Source: an uncultured virus (IMG/VR IMGVR_UViG_3300027749_002987)
Taxonomy: Duplodnaviria > Heunggongvirae > Uroviricota > Caudoviricetes
Strand: one strand, 5' to 3'
Virus record (IMG/VR): IMGVR_UViG_3300027749_002987
Length of the DNA stretch: 60,540 nucleotides
Shown: positions 37,471 through 47,500 of the stretch, one piece after another
How positions within the stretch are numbered: the stretch's first letter is position 1
Layout of the letters: each line of letters opens with the position of its first letter
Position numbers and translations under genes: made by a program
Notes under the pieces: model-generated
What the model saw: only the letters and a program-made list of their open reading frames with translations
Told to the model about the DNA's origin: nothing
Database searches by the model: none

Positions 37471-37498
37471 TTGACCTAGACGCATAAAAGTGTATAAT
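37471..37498 (+). promoter_or_regulatory. sigma70-type promoter
   Basis: TTGACC-16 nt-TATAAT. Confidence 0.7.
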
Positions 37499-37505
37499 TA
37501 TACTA

Positions 37506-37548
37506 TGCGGACTTAGGCATTCATCCCGCAATATAAACTCTGCATGCC
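37506..37548 (+). ncRNA. candidate preQ1-I-like pseudoknot leader
   Basis: P1 TGCGG/CCGCA, P2 GGCAT/ATGCC, loop ending CATC, A-rich linker; directly upstream of queD. Confidence 0.55.
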
Positions 37549-37572
37549 ATTGCTTAATCTTAGGAGATAACA

Positions 37573-38022
37573 ATGGCAAAATTTTACTCAACAAAACACT
37601 ATGGACACAACATTGGACTAAGTGCTGTATTCCGTCAACCAAACGCAGATCACAGTCACTGTCATTTGCTACATGGTTATAGTCTAGCATTTACGTTTAC
37701 CTTTGGTTGTGAAACATTAGACAATAAAAACTGGGCAGTAGACTTTGGCGGTCTTAAGTTGCTCAAGGCATGGCTGGAAGATCACTTTGATCACAAACTA
37801 GCATTGGATAAAAGTGATCCATATTTGTCAAAGTTTTTAGAATTGGAAATGTTAGGTCTAGCAGAGATTCGCATCTTTGATGGCGTAGGTGCAGAGAAGT
37901 TTGCTGAACATGCTTTTAATTTTGCTGATCAATTAATAAGAGAAAAGACTAATAATCGTTGCTATTGTGTAAGGGTAGAATGTGCAGAACATGGTGCTAA
38001 CTCGGCTACATACGAAGGCTAA
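37573..38022 (+). CDS. queD: 6-carboxytetrahydropterin synthase / PTPS family
   Basis: HSHCHLLHGYS, VDFG.LK, FDHK, AE.FA, VECAEH. Confidence 0.8.
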   Translation: MAKFYSTKHYGHNIGLSAVFRQPNADHSHCHLLHGYSLAFTFTFGCETLDNKNWAVDFGGLKLLKAWLEDHFDHKLALDKSDPYLSKFLELEMLGLAEIRIFDGVGAEKFAEHAFNFADQLIREKTNNRCYCVRVECAEHGANSATYEG

Positions 38023-38032
38023 AAATAAAATT

Positions 38033-38830
38033 ATGAATAGACTGGCAATTGAAACACCCAACAACGGAACTATAGACATATTCCTACCGGATGGGGATTT
38101 TATTGATATGCTTTTAATTCAAAACGGAATGGTCGGATTAAGTCCCGATATATATCTAAAAGAGTTATCAGATAGGTATTCATCTAAATTAAAAGATTTG
38201 TTAACTCCGAAGGTATTAGAATATTTTAAAAATTTTGCAGATCAAAATAAGCAAATCGTTGTTCTTGATGTTGGATGCGGAAATAGTATTTTCGACATCA
38301 TTCTTTACAAATTTTTTCAATCAAAAAATATAAACAATGCTAGATTTATGCTAGTTGATGGTAACGAGGTAAATGATAATTCGAACACTATGTACTCGTT
38401 AGATCATGCACCTTACAACAATTGGGATCAGGTATATAGATGTATCAATCTTAATGGGTGTACACAATCTCATTTTATAAATGTAGATTATAAACAACCC
38501 GTGTGGAGTCAAATTCCGGTCAACTTGGTCATATCATGCGCTTCGTGGGGGTGGCATTATCCATTAAGTAAGTACGTTGACAAAGTTAATGATATGCTAG
38601 CCAATAACGGATTATTATTTCTTCACCCGATTATCGACATCGATAATCCTTTAGAATTACTGAATTCCAAATTTAAGACTATTATCAGAATGTCTTATAA
38701 AGACCATTTTGTAACAAAGGGGCATAATGGGTATGAACATCATTATTGGGAAAATATACCAGGTTGGCACAAAGATCTCTTAATCCATACAGGAATTTGG
38801 CAGAAGACTAATGGGAACTTACTTCCGTAA
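38033..38830 (+). CDS. class I SAM-dependent methyltransferase
   Basis: VLDVGCGN; S..SWGWHYP; start MNRL (38033). Confidence 0.75.
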   Translation: MNRLAIETPNNGTIDIFLPDGDFIDMLLIQNGMVGLSPDIYLKELSDRYSSKLKDLLTPKVLEYFKNFADQNKQIVVLDVGCGNSIFDIILYKFFQSKNINNARFMLVDGNEVNDNSNTMYSLDHAPYNNWDQVYRCINLNGCTQSHFINVDYKQPVWSQIPVNLVISCASWGWHYPLSKYVDKVNDMLANNGLLFLHPIIDIDNPLELLNSKFKTIIRMSYKDHFVTKGHNGYEHHYWENIPGWHKDLLIHTGIWQKTNGNLLP

Positions 38831-38981
38831 TTTTTGGCGACTTTGGGCAAAATCATTAGGTGAAAAATCAGGCAGTACGGACGAGGAATCGGATCGAATT
38901 GCTTGCATTCGTGCTGTAATTGTGTTATCATATGTACTTACAAACATTTTTATAATCGCAAGCGTCATAAGGCATTGGTAA
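38811..38981 (+). CDS. small membrane protein (not in ORF track)
   Basis: MGTYFRNFWRLWAKSLGEK...VIVLSYVLTNIFIIASVIRHW; TAATG coupling to uvsE. Confidence 0.65.
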   Translation: MGTYFRNFWRLWAKSLGEKSGSTDEESDRIACIRAVIVLSYVLTNIFIIASVIRHW

Positions 38982-40006
38982 TGAAACGTATAGGCTTCGC
39001 ATGTAAATGGATCGATCATGCAGATCAAGTTAATGGCATTAATACAAAAGATGATGCTAAACAGTATAACACCGGTAGTACAACTGTCAGCTGGCTTCGA
39101 CGCCAAACTAAAGAAGTGGCAGAACAAAAACTATGGGACCTAATGGTTCAGAACATCGAATCCACCCGCAAACTTGTAGAGAGAGTAGGAGATTTAGATG
39201 ATAACCTTCGTATGGTACGTATTAGTAGTGATATCCTGCCTGTGTATACTCACGCTGACTGGTCTTATTTTTGGCAACGTAGCGATGTGGTTGAATATTG
39301 CGAAAAACAGTTTGGAACCGTTGGTCGAATTGCTAAGGATCGCAACGTCCGCCTTAGTTTTCATCCTGGCCAGTTTACTGTGTTGGCTAGTGATAATGAA
39401 GGTATTGTTCAGCGCAGTATAGAAGAATTTGAATATCACGCAGACATGGCACGATATATGGGCTATGGTAAATCTTTCCAAGACATTAAAATTAATGTAC
39501 ACATATCAGGCCGCCAAGGCCCCGAAGGCATACGCAGGGCTTACCAGCGACTATCACCTGAAGCTCGAAATACAATTACAATCGAAAACGAAGAAAACTC
39601 ATGGGGGCTAGATGACTGTCTTACTATTAGCGATATCATTCCTATTGTGCTTGACGTACACCATCACTGGATACGTGAAGGGCAATACATCAGCAACACA
39701 GATAGCCGTGTTATGCGTGTCGTGGACAGTTGGCGCGGTCTGCGCCCTACTATGCATTATTCAGTATCTCGTGAAGACTATCTTGTGGATCATGACACTG
39801 ATATAATCCCAAATCACTCGGCGTTACTTGAAACAGGATACAAAAAGCAAAAGCTCAGAGCACATTCAGACTTTTATTGGAATACAAAAGTTAATGAATG
39901 GGCACTGAGCTTTCTAAGCACACACGATATTATGTGTGAAAGCAAAGGCAAAAATCTTGCAAGTTTTGCCTTATACGAGCAAGCTAAACGACTTACTCTG
40001 CTTTAG
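38981..40006 (+). CDS. uvsE: UV damage endonuclease (UvdE/UvsE)
   Basis: IGFACK, RISSD..P, RLSFHPGQF..L.S, IENE, LDVHHH, HYS, AHSD, CESK.K. Confidence 0.9.
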   Translation: MKRIGFACKWIDHADQVNGINTKDDAKQYNTGSTTVSWLRRQTKEVAEQKLWDLMVQNIESTRKLVERVGDLDDNLRMVRISSDILPVYTHADWSYFWQRSDVVEYCEKQFGTVGRIAKDRNVRLSFHPGQFTVLASDNEGIVQRSIEEFEYHADMARYMGYGKSFQDIKINVHISGRQGPEGIRRAYQRLSPEARNTITIENEENSWGLDDCLTISDIIPIVLDVHHHWIREGQYISNTDSRVMRVVDSWRGLRPTMHYSVSREDYLVDHDTDIIPNHSALLETGYKKQKLRAHSDFYWNTKVNEWALSFLSTHDIMCESKGKNLASFALYEQAKRLTLL

Positions 40007-40256
40007 GCTTTTTAGGAGCACGTGGCTTTTTTGCGGCTGGTGCTTTCTTAGCCGCAGGTGCTTTCTTAGATTTAGTAACAGGTGCGGCCATTGATGCTTC
40101 TGTCCCAGCTGGCATAATAGACTCTACCATTGCTTCTACAGCTTGAACAGCAACTGGTGCTAGTTCTGCTACCGGAGCAACTTCGACTTTATATGGAACT
40201 GGCTCTGCCACTACTGGATCTGATTTCTTAAAAAAACTTTTGATAAATTTTAACAT
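39993..40256 (-). CDS. small Lys/Ala/Pro-rich (H1-tail-like) protein
   Basis: KKAPAAKKAPAAKKPRAPKK; GGAGG RBS; TATAAATA (40276-40283, - strand). Confidence 0.7.
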   Translation of the reverse strand: MLKFIKSFFKKSDPVVAEPVPYKVEVAPVAELAPVAVQAVEAMVESIMPAGTEASMAAPVTKSKKAPAAKKAPAAKKPRAPKKPKAE

Positions 40257-40275
40257 GGTATATTATCCTCCAGAG

Positions 40276-40293
40276 TATTTATACTGATAAATA
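40276..40293. promoter_or_regulatory. back-to-back late-like promoters
   Basis: TATAAATA (- strand) and GATAAATA (+ strand, 40286-40293). Confidence 0.7.
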
Positions 40294-40298
40294 CCATT

Positions 40299-40859
40299 AT
40301 GTACAACTTTATTAAACACATCACGCTGAACGAGGGTAAAACCCCCAAGACGTTGGTTCATACCAAGTTGCCCTATGCAAGAGATGATTTAGAACCCAGC
40401 ATGAGTGAAGAAACCATAGACTATCACTATAGTGAACTGTACGGCGGATATGTTAAGCGTTTTAATAAAGGAGAAGGGGATCCTGACTTCAACGAAGCTG
40501 GGGCTTTTTTGCATAATATATACTTTACGCAATTTCAGAAACCTACAAGATCAAACGAGCCTAGCGGGTCGTCCGGTGAATTTATCGATAAACACTTTAA
40601 AAATTTTGATAAGTTTATTGATGCCTTTGAAAAAGAAGCTATGAAAATCCAAGGTTCAGGATGGGTGTATTTGGCTCGTGACGGAAAAATTAAGACTATC
40701 AAAAATCACGAAATCAGACAGGATATTGTATTGCTGGTAGATTGGTGGGAGCATGCCTGGGCTCTAGACTACCAAGCCGATAAAAAAAGCTATCTATCTA
40801 ATCAGTGGAAAATTATCAACTGGAATGTAATCAGTGCTAGAGTTGGCCTAGCGTCTTAA
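40299..40859 (+). CDS. Fe/Mn superoxide dismutase
   Basis: LPY...LEP..S.ETI.YH, LHN.YF, GSGW, D.WEHA..LDY; all four metal ligands present. Confidence 0.9.
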   Translation: MYNFIKHITLNEGKTPKTLVHTKLPYARDDLEPSMSEETIDYHYSELYGGYVKRFNKGEGDPDFNEAGAFLHNIYFTQFQKPTRSNEPSGSSGEFIDKHFKNFDKFIDAFEKEAMKIQGSGWVYLARDGKIKTIKNHEIRQDIVLLVDWWEHAWALDYQADKKSYLSNQWKIINWNVISARVGLAS

Positions 40860-41124
40860 GACTGCTTACAGGCATGTCCCAAACATGCTTACTTTCAATC
40901 CCTTTGCTTTGAGCAAACTTTTTAGCATCACAATTACCACACACATGATAATAGTTGTTGCTTAATCGATTAGGGTCCATATTGCCCTTGTCTCGATTAA
41001 ATACTTCTCCACAGCAATCACACCGTAATACCAGTACGGTTTTTTTACGACTATAGGTGTGTGTCTTACCACGATTGCTGGTGCGCACATAGTGGTTTTC
41101 TCGAAATTCAGTTCCAATATACAT
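40837..41124 (-). CDS. hypothetical Zn-finger protein
   Basis: CDCC...HVCGNC; TGTAAATA (41130-41137) upstream. Confidence 0.7.
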   Translation of the reverse strand: MYIGTEFRENHYVRTSNRGKTHTYSRKKTVLVLRCDCCGEVFNRDKGNMDPNRLSNNYYHVCGNCDAKKFAQSKGIESKHVWDMPVSSLKTLGQL

Positions 41125-41183
41125 AACTGTATTTACATTAAGGTTATAAAATATATTGGATAAATACTCAATCGAGGGCTATC

Positions 41184-41507
41184 ATGATCACTATTTCCGA
41201 ATCAGCAAAGACAAAAATCAAAGATCTTCTATACGAAGAAGGTAACCCTAACTTATCATTACGTACCTTTGTTCAAGGTGGCGGCTGTAGCGGCTTTAGC
41301 TATGGTTTTACCTTTGATGAAATAATCAACGAAGATGATTTTGAGATCCCCCTAGACGAATTTCGAGTGCTTGTAGACGCAATGAGTATGCAGTATCTCA
41401 CAGGTGCTGAAATAGATTATAAAGAAGAATTAATGGGCAGTACATTCAGCATAAAGAATCCCAACGCACAGACAACATGCGGTTGCGGTTCTAGCTTTGG
41501 AGTTTAA
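41184..41507 (+). CDS. erpA: A-type Fe-S cluster carrier (ErpA/IscA/HesB)
   Basis: [35 protein letters not shown] at 41159-41166. Confidence 0.9.
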   Translation: MITISESAKTKIKDLLYEEGNPNLSLRTFVQGGGCSGFSYGFTFDEIINEDDFEIPLDEFRVLVDAMSMQYLTGAEIDYKEELMGSTFSIKNPNAQTTCGCGSSFGV

Positions 41508-41513
41508 AATAAT

Positions 41514-44500
41514 ATGACACAACAAGTAATTGACATTGGCGTACAAGGTAATGACGGAACTGGCGATAGTATCCGTACAAGTTTCCAAAAAGTAAACAGC
41601 AACTTTAATGAGTTATACGCTATTTTTGGAGCTGGAGGAACTATCAGATTTACCAACTTGTCCGATGCACCATCTACGTATAGTGCTAACCAAGTTATCA
41701 TGGCAAACACTACAGGCGGGGCATTATCTGCTAGAACTATTGTAGCTGGAACAGGTATTGGTATTACTACCTCTGATCCTACTAAACTCACAATTGCAGC
41801 CTTAAGTGCTCGACTAAACAACGACCCGCAACCATCGTTAAGTGCCAGTATCAACGCTAATCAATTTAGTATTGGTAATTTAGGAGATCCAAGCCAAGCC
41901 CTAGTTGATCAGTTTAATACTCTGTACGCTTCTCAAAATATTACTACCACTCTAGGACAGCTGGCAATTAGTAAAAATTATGCCGATAATACCTACGTGG
42001 CCACTTATAACGGCACAGTTTCAAAAGCATTAAGAGTCCGTGACGAGCCAGCTAATCCGCAAACTAGTGATAAAGACTATGACGCAACATTGTCTAGCAA
42101 CTATGTAAGCACAGAAGCAATGCAACGCAAGTATACTGTTTACCGTGGCGGCGATACTATGACTGGGCCGCTTGCTCTCAACGACCATCCGTCACCAATG
42201 GCAGGATTTGGTACACCTAATGGTGCTGATGATCTACAAGCCGCAACAAAATTTTATGTTGACAATAATACTAGCTATAGCGCGACAAATCTATATGTTA
42301 AGACTAATGGTGACGATTTACAAACAAACACTCCCCCCGGTCGAGAAGGTCGTTCGTGGGCGTATGCTTATAAGACTATTGGAGCTGCCGCGCTCCAGGC
42401 CCAAAATCTTATTGCGCTATCAACTGTAGAACCTGGCCCATATCGTCAAAGAATTGCCTACACAGTTGGCCCTACTCAGACCTTTAGTACAATTCAAAGT
42501 GTCACGCTCGGCGGCGGCAATAGCGGAGTTATAGGCTATACTGATGCCGCTGATTTGTTAACAGCAAACAAATCGTTCATCCAAGCTGAAACTATTGCAT
42601 ACATTAACAAAAAATATGTAAACACATTTACATTTGATAAAGCTAGATGGGGCAGTATAATTTCAGATATCGTAGATGCTGTAGGATATGATACGGTATT
42701 AGGTACAACTTTTAATTCCACAACTCAAGCATCTATATTATTCAATGCTTATAACTCAGATATTGTTGAAAATAATTTAACTCAAATAATCGATGCAGTT
42801 AACTATGCTAGAGATCAAGTTTTAAATTTCTCGTATAGTACCGCTAATACTCAAACATATCTAGGTCAAGTAATTGATGCATTGTTATATGATTTGATAT
42901 TTGGTTCAAATTTAAGAAGTATACAGGTTGCTTTATCATTTAGCACAGCATCTACTGGGCTAGAAACAACCCCTACGGTTGTTAATACTACTACTGTGGG
43001 TACTACTTCAATTGTAAACACCATCACTGTAGATTCAAGCGTTGGCATGCTGGTAGGAAGTCCGATTACATTTTCCGGTACTGGTTTTGGAAATATTACT
43101 ATCGGAACCATTTATTTTATCCACAGTGTAGTAGACAGCACAACTATTAAAATTAGTCTAGTAGCCGGGGGCGATCCATTTGCGGTTACAACTCATGCTG
43201 GTATTATGTCTGTGAAAACAACTGGAATAAGTCAGGCAGCGGCAACACTAAACGATCTTGCAAATACCATAGTGTCAGATGCGGCATTTGCAAATTTACC
43301 ATCAGCTGTTGCCAATATCAAAGCTAATACTGCATTGATAGAAAAAATTATTTCAGGTGGAAGTCTGCCTAGCGTAGTATTTGGTGCTTTACCGACAACC
43401 AATGCTAGTTCAACATTTACATTTAATCAAGCAAAATGCAGTCGAGACGTGGGAATCATTGTTAATGCTGTACTAGATGATTTGATCTTTGGAACTAATT
43501 ATCGTTCTATAACTGCCGCATTTGCCTACATTAGAAGTTACAGTTCTGTAGTAACATCAAGCCAAAAGGCTCAAACCATTGCTGGTATTAATCTAGCTAG
43601 AGATGAAGTAATTGGATTAATTCCAACTAATACCGCTGCCATTGCTGCCATTACTGCCAGCATGAATGTAATCACAACTATTATTAACAATGTTAGTACT
43701 AACGGTGCACCTAGCGTAACATGGACTTATAACAATTCATCTTCTGGTGTAAACATCAGCGCCCGACAATTACAAAATAATCGTCAATTTTTAATTGATG
43801 AAACTATTGCATACATTAATGCTAACTTGAATCCAGGAACTATTTCATTATACAACGAAGGAAATTGTCGACGTGACACCGGATATATTATCGATGCTAT
43901 AACCTTTGACTTGATCTATGGAGGTAATACTGCTACCATTGCGGCAGCTGATGCATACTTTACAGGAACTAACGTAAACACTATTGCTACAGAACTTGTT
44001 CCAGTTACAGCCGCATATACGCACTTAAATGCCGTAATGACTTCAGTCATTCAAGGCAATTTATACACTAGAACTACAGGCAATACTACCACACAATCAG
44101 TAAGCGCAGGAACCGGAACTGCTAATGCGGCTGCTAGTACATTAGTTAATATTGTAATTACTGTTATCAACGGTGGTGTTGCTTCAGGGCCTACTGCTAT
44201 CAACCCAATATACAGCACTGGTACAACTTACGCAAGCAACGGTACATCAAGAACAACTATCTTAAATGGCCTATCAACTATACAGTCAAATGTAATTTTA
44301 TTCTTGATAGAAACATATCAGTCGAACACTGGTGTACTAAGTGCTAGAGATTTGTTGCTGAACAACCTATCATTTATCCAAGCAGAGATTATTGCTTTCT
44401 TATTAGCAAACTATCCAACACTAAGCTACAGTTCTGCCACATGTAAGCGAGATGTAAAATATATTATATGGAGTTTGATCTACGACTTTATGTACGGTGG

Positions 44501-47500
44501 TAACAGTAACAGTGTTTACTCTGGACTTCAATATTGGATAGGCAATACTTTACAAATTGCTCAGTATGAAAAAACTGCCACCGTCGCCGCAATTAATTAT
44601 ATTAATACATTGTGTCAAGCGATCATTAATAATGTTTCGACTACTACTGTGTATCAATTGAGTGTATATCAGTATATCAATCAAACATTGGGCGGCTCAA
44701 CAATTGTCAGCACATCAATATCAAACAACATAGCAACGATTGCCGGGATCGTTAATAGTGTAAGTACACCTAATCCAGTAGTGTACGGGCCAACGACAGC
44801 CAATGCCAGTGCTACTTTGAATACTGCTAGAACTGCAATTATTGCGAAGAAATCTGCAATCCAGTCAGCTGAGATTAGCTATATCAATTCAACATTCTCA
44901 GTAATCAATAATGTGACCGTCAGTTCTACAATTACAAGTTTGTTTGGGATTATTACTAACTTATTAACAGCTGGTATTGCCAGTAGGTCTGTTCCAACAT
45001 TTATTGACCCGCCATCGATAACAGTTACAACTGCTCACGCACGTTCGGCCATATTGGCCAATATTGATTTTATTGCCGCAGATACTATTGCTTGGATTAA
45101 TACCAATTACCCATCTTTAGTATATAGTAACACCACTTGCAGTAGAGATGTGAAATCTATATTAGAAGCAGTCTGTTACGATCTAACATATGGTGGTAAT
45201 TCAGCAACACTGAGAGCCGCATATCAATATTGGGCCGGTGGCACTAGACAAATCGCCAGCAATGAAGTAACTGCAACAGTGGCAGCAATTACTCATGCAC
45301 AGGCGGTTGCTATTCTTGTGTCGTCAAATTCAGTAGTGACTCCTGCAACTGGTAACAGTGCTGTACAGGTAAGAAACGCAGTATGGGTTGACGGTGCCGC
45401 GGCAGCCGGAGACATTAATGCATTGTTCAATTATGTTACAGATATTGTTGCTAACGATACAACCTATACCCAATCTCTTCCAGACTTAACAATTTATGCA
45501 AGTATTCCCCAGGCTGCACAAGTAATTTTAAATAACAGTAAAGATACTATAGGAAACGCAACTACTGCATACCTCGCTGTTACATATCCAGGCGGGTTTA
45601 ATTATAATGAAGCAACTTGTTATCGAGATATTGGATACATCATTGATGCAATGATTATTGATATACTAACAGGCGGAACTTATCAAAGCGTCAATGCTGG
45701 TAAAAGCTATTATAAAAATGCATCAGCAAAAGCTATTGCCATTGGATCTCAGTTACGTGAAACATTAGACGGTATTGTGTTTGCTAAAAATCTCGGTATT
45801 CAGGTACTTAATAAAACCCAGCAAACACGATTCCAAGATCTAGTAAGACAACAAACAACGGTGAATGGTGTTGCAAAGTCGCCAAGTACTCCTGCAAAAA
45901 CTACATTTACCACAAACATGAATACTTTAATTAGTATTATTACAAATGGATATGGTGCGGCTCCAACCCCTACATTTGGCTCGGGCTTGTATACTATTAC
46001 ATTTGACAACGGCGGTAACGGATTTGTAGACCAAGGTATACCAGGTGCGGTACACATTATTCCTGCCAAAATACTAGTCGGTGGAACTAGCAATGCATAC
46101 GGCCAAATTGTAACATACACTCCAGGTGTAACTACTTCATATGACACTATCACAGTAAGGATGGTTCGTCCAGGATTCTTTAGAGTAGGGGAAGAAATAG
46201 ACTACGGTGAAACTGTTCCGGAACAAAACATTGCTATCTGTGTTGAAAGCGGTACCTACTATGAAGATTACCCAATCAAATTATCTGCAAACGTAACAAT
46301 TTCTGGTGATGACTTCCGACGTGTTATTGTACGTCCATTAGATCGTGTAAGTCAAAGCCCATGGCGCAGTGTGTTCTTTTATAGAGACAGTGTCATTGAC
46401 GGCATACAGACTGGTATTATTGATTATAGTGGTACCGATTATGCTGCCACTACTGGATCAACTATTACACTCAGCGGTATAACAGGATCAATCACAGCTA
46501 CACTAGGTACTGGTCAAGCACCGGCAAGTTGGCTAGGATTAGTATTCACTGACAGCACTAGCGGTACCGGAACTCCGGGTAAAGCTGTTGTTAGCACTAT
46601 CAGTGGTAATGTGTTAAACTTAACAGTGATTTATCCTTTTGCTGCCGCAACAACATATGCTGTTGGCGCTTGGCATTTGTACAGTACAATTAATTACGGA
46701 AGACACTACTTAACTGATCCGTTAGATATTAATAGTACTCCGCTAAACAATAGATTAATGGATGTGTTCTTATGTAATGATGCTACTCGTGTTAGAATGA
46801 TCAGCATGCAAGGACACGGCGGATTTGCCATGGTACTTGATCCAGAAGGACAAATTAAAACTAAATCACCTTATGCTCAAGAGAGCGGTAGCTTTAGTCA
46901 AAGTATCAATTACAAACGATTTGCTGGCGGTCAATTCATTGATGGATTCACTGGACGTTTGTTTGGTAAAATTACTAGGGTAGAACAAAATATTGCAGGT
47001 GTTAATGGTACACAAATTACCGTTGTTGGAAGTGTTAACAGCGGACTTGATATTCGTGCTCCACAAACTCCTTGCGCTTTCTATATACAAGGTAATCGCT
47101 TCCAAGTTAACGATGTTGTAAGTTTTAATGCGGCAACCTATACAGTGGTGCTAACAATTGATACTGGTACACCTTTCTATCCGCCTAATTTTTACAACAC
47201 AACTAAATTTACAACTGCGTTGGGTGGTGTTATAGACAATATTGGTCTAGACATGGTAACTGGTTCTAACTATAAGAGTTTGTTCTCAGGTTATACATAT
47301 TTGTTCCCACAGAATAGTTTAACTGTTTTAGCTACATTGTTTACAACTCAAGGTCTAGCATATGTTAATTCTAATTTAGGTAGTGTATCAACTACTGGCA
47401 AGAATTCAATTGCGGCAAGTTTGCTTACAATTACTAACATGATCAATAACGGTGTTACTACCGTGCCAGCGACTACCTTCCCAACACCGGGTGGTACTTA

